The translations under genes and the position numbers were made by a program. Below, one piece after another: positions 35,373-46,330 of a DNA stretch of 64,000 bases; the first letter of the stretch is position 1, and each line of letters opens with the position of its first letter. The notes beneath the pieces are model-generated. The model was not told the origin of the DNA and did not search any database. It saw nothing but the letters and a program-made list of their open reading frames with translations. This DNA comes from Raillietiella orientalis (Eukaryota), in NCBI GenBank assembly GCA_036172245.1, contig JAYWIR010000041.1, positions 434,001-498,000 on the forward strand. Reading direction: 5' to 3'.

Positions 35373-38300
35373 AAGCAGCTAAATTCTGTACCAAGGAATC
35401 AGGAATTGCATCAAAGAATCCTCATGATGCCGATAGGCGTAGTAGGGAGCTTTGGATAGCTCGGACTCGAAGGCTGGAAAAGGACAAACTCTGTAAACCG
35501 CAGAGCAGCAGCAGTTAATTCAGGTGCAAGTGTCACTCTTGGTGACGGATCGTCGACATGCATGCATAAGGTAAGTGCGCACTCTCCCCCCTCCCCCGTT
35601 TGTACGGGCTGCCCACCGGAAGCAGTCCGGTCTTTTTTACACCACGTCTCCAGGCTACCTCAGGAGCGGAAGGCCTTTTCCGGAAGACCTGGTTGCCTGG
35701 TTGCCACGCTGCAATTCCGACCGAACCCTCCTCTGTGGCATTCCTTTCGTTTGTCATCCTTCCAGCTCTGGGATTAACAAAACAAGGCGCCCCTTCCTTG
35801 GGTATGAGGAGTCTCACAGGATCGCCATCTGATTCGATGAACTCGTTCGTGCCTTGCGCGTCTCTGTTTCTTGGAGACGAACCCAGCACCTGGACAGCAT
35901 TCCTCCCGAGTCAACGCGTTCCCCTCAAGGATGCATCGCGGCTTGTATCGACGTGCGGCGGGACGCCGCCTTTCCAGTGAGCGAGCGGAGTGGTGATCCC
36001 CTCACACGACGGCATCGTTGCTTGGCAGCCATGCAGAAGGGAATTCAAGCCCGAAACTGGACCTCATAGAGAACGTGCCTCTGAGGGGCCAGTGCTTTGG
36101 AAAAACACACACACACACACAGATGTTTTCATCTCTGCTTCACTCTTCGTCGGGAGGCAGAGTCGTCGCGTGAGCACAGCAGGGATGCCAGCATACATCG
36201 GTTCTCAAGTGACGACGATGAACACTCTCGAAGACACGCGTGGAAGAGCGTTCCTCGATGACGCACATTATACAGCGCTGGTTGAGCTACGAACGGGCTG
36301 CTTTGCAGGCTCAAACTCCCGGCTTCAAGCCGTTCCCGGTTCGCCATTTTCGAAAGTTCCCCCTTTCACAGGTTCAAGGGTGTTGCTCCGGTTCTTGGGC
36401 GCGCTGCTAAACAACGAGCAGCGTTATCAGCGGCGGCAGCAACCCTCCTGCACCGCCCGGGAGTCTGTTCAGGCCAAGAGCTTGCAACCTGATTCTGGAG
36501 TCAAATTGTAAGTCTTCCGAGGACCTTGGTGGCGGAGCGAGCGATGTCTTACTTGCAGCAGGGGGCGCAGAGCCAAACGGTCAGTGCCTGAGTTCCACAA
36601 GTGCTGGCGCCTCCTCACGCTGGGCAGCAGGTGGGCAAGTGAGTCCGCAAGTCGCCGCCGCTGCCTCCGCCTTTGCAAAGGCGACCTCCAAGGAGTCACT
36701 TCGTCACTTCTGGGGATGCTCCCTCTCGGCTGAGCACCAGTGCCTTCTCGCGCTCGTCCCACTGGACCGAAGTACCTCCTCCTCTCGCTGGAGCCCGGAA
36801 GACCGGTGGACTCCAAACCTGCATCCCGGTCGTCGTGCCTTGCTAGCAGGCGTCGACCGTCGACCCTCGGCTTCCCTCCAAGGGGAGCGTCCCACCTCCT
36901 TACGAGCAGTCGCAGCAGGGTCGCCGGGATGCGATAAACGGTGGCCTGCCGGCGAGAGTCATTGCTTAGCAGCCACGCAGAAGGGAATCCGAGTTCTTCT
37001 GCATGGTTGGATCGAATAGAGAACGTGCCACTGCCTCTGAGGGAGACAAGGGAGGTTGAGGTCGAGGATTCCTCCGTAATCCGTTCGCATTCCACCCTTT
37101 CGTCATCACCCGGTGTAGCGTTGGATGAATCCGAGCTGTTCGCTCGGAGCGCCTTCTACGAGGCCACGGGACGCTCGCCTTCGAAGAGCGTCCAGTGGTC
37201 CTGAAGGCCGTCGTTTTCGGCGCAGGTGGCAACTTCCAGGATAAAGAGTGAACAGCTCTACGGAACCCCACGCAGCATCCCTTAGAAACACAAAGAAAGA
37301 CTGCAGCTCGCGATTCGTCGTCGCTGGAAGCGAAGAGCAAATCAAATACAATCATGGGTGACGCCCTAAAAAGGAGACCTTTTTATCTCCCCCCCCTTCT
37401 GGGAATCCGATCCAGGTATGTCGTGGCTCCGCTGAGCCGCCAAATTCAAGCGGCGGCACTCGAACATGACTCTAGAGGGAGCACGCACGAAGGCGATTGG
37501 TTCCCAGATTCCTAGAAACGCAGAGGTCCCTGCATTGCTGGTGCATCTTTCCCGATTTACGAGGGTCAATGAAGCTGATGAGTCTCTTCATGGTGATCAT
37601 GGTGCTCGGCGGCAACTGGAGTGGCTGGTAGACACAAATTCGGAGTCGGGTCTGCTGCTTTGAACTTCCGCGATCTTCTTCGCGTATTTCCCCGGAGACC
37701 AACTGAGTCCGTGAGAAAAATACCAAGCAGTGATGCCGTAATGAGAGTCACGGGCGCAATTAATCTCGTCATCCGGAATCCGCTCTCGGCTGCATCCTCT
37801 GGTGCAATATGAAAAAAAAAAAAAAATTGCTGGGTTTCTTGCTGTGATTGCTGAAATCTCAGGAGCACAGCTTCAGCATGGATCCGAGGCGCGAGTGACT
37901 GAGGAGGCGGGAGAGGAACGGCGAGATGAGGAGAGACTGGCGGACTGCTGCTGGTTCCTGAGATGAAGAATGAGGCGAGGGATTTCCAACAGGAAGCTGC
38001 AACAGTCAGTCTGTCTTTTTTTCCCACCACGACCGATGACAGCAGCAGCAGAGGCCGAAAATTCTTCTCGCTTCCTTGGGTTTCATTGGTCTGTGTGCAG
38101 ATAGCAGGAAAGTCAAATCGAATTTCAGCCAAAACCGCTGTAAAATCCGTACTATATAATGTAACCTGCTCATGGATCCGTTGTTTCCTGATGGAGTGAT
38201 TTCCTACCATGCCCGGTGGAGAAGCGGGAGGGCGTGGCGGATGTTGAAACGCCTCGGCGGCATCGATTCAGTAGTTCGATTCGGCCGCGGGTCACCCTGA

Positions 38301-39544
38301 CCGCGCAGAAGAGAGCCGCGTGCGTCGGGACGCAGAGCACGTCGGATGAAAGGAAGGTGAACAAGGAGTCAACTAAAAAGAAGGGGAAGCGGTTCTGCAG
38401 TCCCGTCTTTCCAGCACCTTCTGTCACGTGCTTATGGAGATGCAATCATTCCTTGACCCCCTTTCCTGCCCCTCCATCCCTTTCCTTCAAGGAGAAATGC
38501 AATTTGAAGAGGATGGTAAGTCGGTTTCAGCACTGGTGGGTTCCTTCGGGAGCGAAGGGGCCGCTGGGCTCCCTCTCGCCCTCGTGAGTTCCCTGCGCCG
38601 GATGGTCGCCCCTTCTCCCCGTTCCACTACTGCAGCGACAGTCCGTGAAAGTCCCTTCACTGGAAACCGATTTTCCTGTTGAGGTTGACACGCAGCGTGC
38701 CGGGGATTCGACCAAACGCGTCTTTCTTTGTCGGAGGACGTGCGGGATGAGGAACGTTCCCTCTTGGGATCATCGAGGAAGCCGATTTCGCCAGCTTCCC
38801 GTCCACGAGTTCTCAGGAGGGCAGGTAGGAAAACCCCGCATCTATCTGGATCTCGAGGTGCCGCGGGCCACGGTTTGGTATCCAGAAGCCCGAACTCGGA
38901 CGCTCGGGTGGGAACGGCTGTTGCGATGGTAACGGAATTTTCTTCCTTATTCAGCGGAGACAGGGTCTTCGTGACGCGATACGTCTTCAGTGGCATCAAA
39001 GTGGGAGGGGAAAAAGGAGGGGTGGTGCATTTTTCTTAGCCCCAATGGGGGGTCCTTAGCGGCACTGGGTGCCAAAGCCACAGCTGATTGCGGATGCGGA
39101 GCCACACGGCTCCCCCTCCATGCGCTCTGATATTCCCGTAGAAGGGGACGCTAAGAAATCCCTCTGTAACTCTAAAGTGCCTCAGCTGTTTCCATAGAAG
39201 TTTATCCCAGCCTTTAGGAAACGGCCCAGTTACGAAGAGCACGTTTGAAGTGATTCCCTCCCTCCCCCCTCCCTTTCTCGCGAAGAAGGAAGTCTGGAAA
39301 GAGTGTGAATCGCACCATACGCTTTTCTTTTTCCTCTTTTTTTATAAAAGGTCAGTAGCATTCTCACGAGGAAGTGGTTCGCTATTGGCCTGGGATGACG
39401 GACACCCTCTTTGGGTTCTCCTGCTTCCGCTGCTTTCCCTCCAGCTTTTTTCTTCTTTCCTTTTTTCGGACCTTTTTTTTTTTCGATAACCGTTCGTCTC
39501 CATGGAAGGGGAAAGAGAATGGGGGGGAGGGGGGGAATCATGTA

Positions 39545-40060
39545 GCTCCTTCAACGCTGTCCGCATCACCCAAGGGGGCGTGTAATCCTTTCAGTTATAA
39601 ACGACCAGCCTATGAATTCTTACGGGAGGCACCACCCTATGAATCCAAGGACTCCAGAGGAACGACCTCAGAGGGCCAACTTCTAATCCCGGCCGGTCAG
39701 GGGGACATCCAGCTTCCACCAGTGTTATCCCCGACACCTGCAGGCCAACCAGTCCTGTGGGGGAACTCGAAAACCAGCGACGCCTCCTTCAATCCTCGGG
39801 GGATCGACCCTTTCCATGGTAGGATTCGAGCTCGCGACGCTTGGAACTATGCGCGCGGAGGCAGCAGTCACGCGGCAATTCACGGCGTGCTCCATCCCTT
39901 TTGAGACCTCCGTTCGCACATGATCCATGATGGCCACCACCATCCACAGTTCCACAGAAGGCGGCGAGTGGGCTAAGGCACCCATTCGCCCACATCGGAT
40001 GCTACGCACCCGTGATGGAAGTCGTTTCGAGGACCCGAGAAGTCCGGTGCGCGGGATAGC
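39545..40060 (+). repeat. Repeat family B, copy 3 (internally deleted)
   Basis: 39550-39660 matches 56261-56360 (TCAACGCTGTCC...AGGGGGCGTGT...CACCCTATGArTCCAAG). The sequence then continues directly into a match to 56700-56900 and to the reverse complement of 24060-24375. Confidence 0.85.
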
Positions 40061-40063
40061 TAG

Positions 40064-40350
40064 TCCGCTGAAGAATCTCCCTAGCCTTCCGTGGTAGTGC
40101 GTCTCAGCATCACGTTGCCAGACGAACCCCAGGAAGGTAACGGAAAGTTACGTCGGACTTCTTCTCACGTTTATCCTGGGATCTTGGAGCCTTCCCCCTC
40201 CCCTCCCAGACTTCTTGCAGGGCGAGAAACAAGAAGATTCTTTTGCTGGGGATTTTTTTTCCTTCCCTCCTTCTCTTCCTTCGCTAATCATTCCCGGGAG
40301 CAACAGCAGTCTTGCGGCGGCGGAATTAGGGAATGCTAGGAGAGCCTTTG
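40064..40350 (+). repeat. Direct repeat C, copy 1 (terminal-repeat-like)
   Basis: Matches 42776-43080: TCCGCTGAAGAATC, GGAAAGTTAC, CTGGGATCTTGGAGCCTTCCCC, GAAGATTCTTTTGC, GGCGGCGGAATTAGGGAATGCT. Confidence 0.92.
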
Positions 40351-42620
40351 GCTCTTGGAGTCATGTCCGGTTCCGAGGACTCTTCTTCTCCTGAAGGAAT
40401 CCGCCGAGGACAGCGTACCCGATGGATTTTCTTGGAGCGCTCGCACTCTGATGTGGAGGCACCGGGACGCAGGATCTTCAAGGTACATTGGAAGAAGACA
40501 AGAAGGAAAGAAGAGGAAGAAGAAGAGGAAGAATAGGAAGAAGAGGAAGAAGAAACAACTCGAAGGCGGAAGCTGGTGGGCAGATGCGCCACCGAATTCC
40601 ACGCAGCTCTGCATCCGAAAGCGCGCCCGAAGATTCGACGAAGTCCCTTGGCTCTTCGGCAGCCCAGAAAACCTCGGGGACTTCCAGAAGGTTGGCGTAC
40701 AAGAAGACCGGTTGCCCCGGCAGGGAATCAGCGCGAAGATGCAGATCGAAAAGCGCCGCCTGCCACTCCTGCCCGGGAGTCCTCTGCTGGACACGTTGGA
40801 CCCCACTCTTCCGGACCCCATGCGGGCACAGAGGATGAACCTAACCATTTCCGTTTGAGCAGGCAATGCAGAGATGTCGCAAGACGTCTTCCGGGAAGCC
40901 GAACGGAAGCTTCTCGAGGAGGCTGTCCGCATCTCTTCCTGCCGTTGAGCGAGGCCTGCAGGAGGGAAGCCGCAGCACCTGACCGTTAGCGGCTGCTCAT
41001 ATGAGGGGCTAGTAGCCGACAGCAAGCTGCAACGGCTTCTCCCTCACTCGCGGATGAGGTTTCCTTGGAAAACCGAGGTTCTGCCGGGAGACCGCTGTGC
41101 CGTCGTGCCCCCCCCCTTCCCTCCCCCAGCGAAGGACTTTCGACTGCCAGACGGAAGTTTCCACATCCGCCGCCTCCTATCCGTGATTGGAGGAGGAGAA
41201 ACGGAGGTCATCCGTCCGGCAGGGGAAGGGCATGGGGGGAGGAGGTCGGCACCCGCGGGGTAATGCCGCCTCGATGGGTTGCGGAAAAGTGCGTGCCACT
41301 GCTCCGGGCTTACGGCGGTTGAACGAGGGTTCTAGTCGATGGGAAGGGCAGGTGGTCCTCTCGGGCGTCGCACCGCAAGAAACAGACGGATGGCTTCCGC
41401 GAAGGGAACCTCTCGCTTTCCTGGACCTACGACCAGCCGTGGGTCTGAAGGTCGCCTGCGCCTCCCTACGCCGAGTGGGCGGCGTGCGGAGTGGATGCCG
41501 ACTCCCTCGCGCTTGCGGGCCGGCGGTGGCACCGCCTCTCGCCGCGCACGAGCGAGAAAGAGAGCTACAGGCTTCCCACACGCGCCGCCGTTCACAGAGT
41601 TTCAGCTGCCTTGGCGACAGCACCGCCAGGTGGTCCGCACCCTCGCCAGACGGCGCTTTATGGTTTCGGGTCACGAAGAGTGAGTCTGGGCTTCGTTCCA
41701 GCCGAGCGATTCCTCCTGCAGGAGAGGGCCGTTCCCTTCGTGACGTGCGATCCGCAACGCCCACGGGCCGAGATGACGTTCGCCCGCGGTAGGCGGCGCA
41801 GGCCCGCCTCTTTGCATTTCCCCTGTGGGGTGCGCTCCAGGGGACTTCTGGAAGGAGGGATGTTCCTTTACCTTTGCCCGGTACCCCCGCAGGCTGGGAG
41901 TCTCCCTTGGACGACCCCAGGAAGATAGAGCCGAGTGAATTTCTTCTCTTCGAGTGAAAAAAAGAACAAAGGATGCCATCTCTCCAGAATGATCTTCGGA
42001 CCTTCGGAGACCCTCGAGGAAGGCCGAGCCAGTTGATTTCCTGCAGTCAAGAAACTCGCTGTCATTTACTGCTCCTCTGCACCGGGGCAGAACCGCGCCG
42101 GTTTCCACATGAAGGGCATGCTAGACAGCTGCGAAAGCATCGCCATCTGCACCCAGGACGGCCACTTGCGCGGCAGTCGAGGGGGAGCCATGGGCGGAGC
42201 TCGCACGGGAGCGGTTCCATAGCGACCTAGGAGATCGCCGCGAGCCGCCGACCACCACTGGACGGTGCGGCGGGCGTCCCAGTTGGGCCATGCGCGAGAC
42301 ACACGGATACAACGCGGTCAGCCGCGTGGACGGCCTCTGGGCAGCGCTTTACAAGCCTCGACGAGGCCATTGTTGGAGCGGTAGCTTCAGGCACAGCAGC
42401 GTGAGGCCCCGATGCTGCGAACCGAAAAGACGCGGGTTTCGGGCAGTCCCTCGCACGCGCTCTTCGTCTCGAGACAGAGTCGACGGCCCCGCCGTCCCTT
42501 TGGGAGCGCCCTCTGTGGACCCAGCCGGCCAGCAGCGACACGAGTTGGGAGGCGCCTGGAAGCTGCAGAATTGTGTGCTCTCACTCCTCCTCCCTCGTGA
42601 ATCTTCTAAACAAATTTGAG
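40350..42620 (+). mobile_element. DIRS/PAT-like relic (gag-RT-RH-YR fragments) between direct repeats C
   Basis: GVAPQETDGW...AFLDLRP (VPKxDG..RPILDLR-like), WFRVTKSESGLRSS (YQF..LPFGLxSS-like), GGMFLYL, then SHALFVS and GAWK near 42450-42570 (YR tail-like). Confidence 0.5.
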
Positions 42621-42775
42621 GAGCTGATCAAGGGTTTTCCTGGATGGATGATTCCCTGAGGCGAAGAGCTCGAGGCACGTTTCGTTCTTTTGGAAGAAGC
42701 GGAAGAGGGGAGGGGCACGAACGTCTGCTGCAGTACCGCCGGATCACTCAGCAGCATCATCCCCATCGTGGCTCC

Positions 42776-43080
42776 TCCGCTGAAGAATCCCCCTTGCCTC
42801 CCGTGGTAGGGACGACGCAAGAGGGCATCTTGGTAGCACGTCACCAGGTGATCCCAGGGAGGGGAATGGAAAGTTACCTCTGACTCATTCCTCCGTTTAT
42901 GCTGGGATCTTGGAGCCTTCCCCTCCCCGCCCGCACTTCCTGCCGGGAGGGGAGCAGGGAAGATTCTTTTGCAGAGGATTTTTTTCCCCTCCTTCCTCCT
43001 TCGCTTCCTTCCCTAATCGTTCCCAGGAGCGACAGCAGTCATGAGGCGGCGGAATTAGGGAATGCTGGGAGAGCCTTTTG
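42776..43080 (+). repeat. Direct repeat C, copy 2
   Basis: Direct match to 40064-40350. Confidence 0.92.
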
Positions 43081-45950
43081 GGAGCTTTCGATGGGGCGTT
43101 CCCAGGCACGTTTCGGAGAGGAGTTTCCCCTGGAGCAGCAGTTTCCGAGAGGAGGAAGAACACGAGGGAGGTGGGCGTTGCCAGGCAGCAGAAAAGAGGC
43201 GGAGGCGCCCGACGTGCGAGCGAGCGTCGGCTCCAGGAGCCGCCCTCCGCCCGGAGAAACCCCTCGAAAAGGGGATGCCCGTCTCCTCCCTCTCCTCCTT
43301 CACGCGAGGTCGCGGCGACGGCATCCGCTAAGACCCGAGCCGCCGGCTTCTCCGGGGGCAGAAGATGCGAGATCGTCCCCCACCCGTGGGAGCGAAGGAG
43401 CGTGCGCGGGAGGAGAACCCTAGGTCGACTGTGCAGGGAGACCGCGGTGGCAGAGAGGAGGGGGCGACGGAAAGAGTAGGGGACGCGTCCCCTGCGGCCC
43501 GGTGTGCCGACGTGGGCGGCGTCTTCTCTGCGGACGAAGGATCCACCCACCTCCTCGTGGAGGGGATGGCGGAACGCGCGCCTGCCGCGCGCAGCGGGAG
43601 GCAGCCGTGCCGGACGTGAAGCGGCGCCGCTGCAGCTCCTTTGGGGTGTCCCCTCGAGACAAAGCGGGGAGGCCGGAGGCGTTGCCAACCGCCGCGGAGA
43701 GCGCCCGCAGCCCAAGCCAGCAGGTGCGGGGGAACGAGCGTCCGCCGCTTCCCCCGCGCGCGCACCTGGAGCGGTTCGGCGGACGCAGCGAGACGCCGCC
43801 GTATCGAAGGGGAGCGCGGAACGGACCAGACGCGCGGGAGGCAGTGTCCAGGAGCGCCACGCCGGAGTGGTGGGTACCTTGGGTGACCGCCTCGTCTTCC
43901 ATCCCCCTTCTGGGAGCCTCCATTTCTGCTGCTGCTCGCCGGCCTCCGGGTCAGCTCAGTTCGCCCCATAGGGAGCACGGGCAACGCTCCCAGCCCTGGT
44001 GGCAGCATGTTGGATCCCACGGAATCCCCCAAGCGACGACGAGATCCGTCGGGAAGTCGACACCTGCGGGCATGAGCAGACTGGGTCAGTAGCGAAGTGG
44101 GTGAGCTGCAGCATAGCCCGGAAGTCGTGCATTGAACGCGGCGACCTGACCGCCGACCGCACTGGCGGGCTGGGTCGACTCTGCGATGGCAGCGAGGTCG
44201 GGGGCAGCCGACGGGCCGCCGTGCGTTCGGGTAGCGCGGAGACTGCGCGTCCCTCACGTGGGAGACCGCCGCACGCGCGCAACAGTGTGGTAACGGCGGC
44301 GGCAGTGGGTTCGAATCCAGCCGGCGCGCGGCCTAGATTCCTGCGTCAACTTCGTTTTGCCGCTCTGTGACGCACCCGGCGAGACAAAGAGACCTAGTCT
44401 CGTCCGCCGTGACCGGCTCGAGGTCGTCGACCCCTGCGGGACTCCGAGGTGCAGGCCGCCTGAGAGCTCGGCGCGACGCCCACGAGACGGGGAGCATCGG
44501 GCGCCGTGCTGGGCGGGTGGCACTCGAGCCTGGCCGGCCGGAGAGGAGGAGCACGCCCACAGGAGGTTCATCCTCACCCGGGCCCGCAAACGGTGCAGGC
44601 GCGTCAAGTGGACGGTGGCCTTCAGTGGACGATCTGCAGCTCCGGGAAGACGCGAGGTGCGACGGACGGATGGGTCCAGGGGAGGGACCCCTGTTGAGAG
44701 CAGCGGTCCTGGAAGACAGCGCCAACGCCGTCCGCGCCTGGATGCGGGCGGCATCTTGCGGAGCGCGCAATTAGCATCCCCAGTGGCGATGGAGCCGTTT
44801 GCAAACAGACGGACAATCCGGGAAATTGCGCATTCACTGACGATGATGAATTTCCCGTTGAAGTCCCCGCCCCTCCCCTTCCGCGACCCTGCAGGGATGC
44901 CTTGCTCGGGGATGCAGTGATTAGCAGCGCCCCCGTTTCGGGACGCAGGTGCGCCGACTGCCGGCCGCGCGCTGACTGCGCGGACAACAGTCGCGATCCG
45001 TCCACCCAAAATCATCGTCGCCCGAACCAGCCGGGAGAGAGCGGCCGCCCGTGGTTGCGGGAGGATGTGCGAGGAAGAGCTGCCTCCGGCAAGCGACCCA
45101 GTCCTGGAGGACGGTGATCAGCTGCCAGCGGCGACGCCGTTCGCGGCAGCAGGGCACCTGGGTACGTGCTGCTGCTGCTGCAGCGAAGGGGGGAACTAGC
45201 ACTGGGTCGCTGCGCAAAGGGGAGAAAAAAGGATAGCGAAGACTCGTGAGTTTTGGGGTCGGCCGCGCGTTCCCAGCCGCTGGGGAAGGAGGACGGCTCG
45301 AAGGTTTGTCCGGTCGCAGGCAAGCGCGACTGTCCGACCCCCGGGTCCGCCGCAGAGAGGAGCCGACCCTCTCTGCAAGCATCCTCCTCCTGTGGGAGAC
45401 GGCGGGGGATCCTTCCTCCCTCATACCTTGTCCGAGAGAGCGCCATCACTTTCGCGGAGGTGAGCTCGCCTCTGAGAGAAAGTCCGTCGGCCTCGCACGC
45501 GCCCTTCGGCGGGATGCTGCGGTTCTGGACCACCCTGCCTCGTACGCAGATCCAGCAATCTCGCTCCCTTCGTAACGGCCACCGAGGCCTGCCGTGGGGA
45601 CTTTTTGCTCGATAGGCGTTCGGGATTCTCGACGAAGAAGTGGCGCACCTTTCCTCCCTCTGTGCACTGAGCACCAGCTCCTGAGTTCAACGAAAAGGAA
45701 ACGGCTTTCCCCCCGGGAGCGGTTTTCTCTCGGGCGCGTTCGTCGTTGAGCGCCGGTGTGGCACCGCCGCCGAAGGGGCTCGAGAAGTGACGGGACGGGG
45801 TCGTCCTTCGATTTCCCTCCACCTCGAGAGGAGGGTCATTCTGCGTGGCGCGCCTCCCGTTCTTCCAGCAGCGGTCACAGTTCACCCGGACTAGCACAGG
45901 ATCTCTCCTACCGGGAGGTGGCGCTGCCCTGGTCTGCAGCTTTTCCATGA
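43080..45950 (+). mobile_element. Possible second DIRS-like relic following repeat C copy 2
   Basis: Weak motifs only: EIRREVD (~44045), PSSLIP (MT-like, ~45415), GHSAWRAS (YR HSxR-like, ~45835). Confidence 0.25.
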
Positions 45951-46029
45951 TGGCCCCAGCGACGGTTCAGCCCCAGTGACGTCCGGCTTTCCGTTTTTAA
46001 CCACTCCTGGACGCGATCCGGGGGTGGTC

Positions 46030-46330
46030 GGACGGCAACCGACGTGCTCCGTTATGTACCTCCTTCAACCACCTCACGTTGCCATGGCAACTCGAACGCT
46101 CGATGTGTGCGCGCTCGCGCTTTGGCTGCAGCCCTAGCGACCGCCTGGAGCCGAGCAAGGGATTCCGCCCTCCTCCCCCCCGCCTGGCGGGAGCAGCAGC
46201 ACTGCACCGCATGCCAAAGCACTATCCTGAAGTCTATGGAACAGCAGCACCCGGAGGACCTGGCTGGCAAAGTGGGGATGGCTGGAACCATGGAGGCTGG
46301 CGTCTGGTGACCATCGAAGAATGGAAACGG
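46030..46330 (-). mobile_element. DIRS-like RNase H relic
   Basis: SPDASLHG (TDASLxG-like) followed by SRQAGGRRAESLARL (INRQGGxRSxxL-like). Confidence 0.4.

Noticed and set aside
34928..35518. ORF with poly-Met and poly-Glu runs
   Set aside because: It is simply the translation of trinucleotide microsatellites, with no other coding evidence.
44275..44330. tRNA/SINE-like B box GGTTCGAATCC (44308-44318); also GGTTCGAGTCC at 50127-50137
   Set aside because: The T-stem is imperfect, there is no room for an anticodon arm, and no cloverleaf forms.
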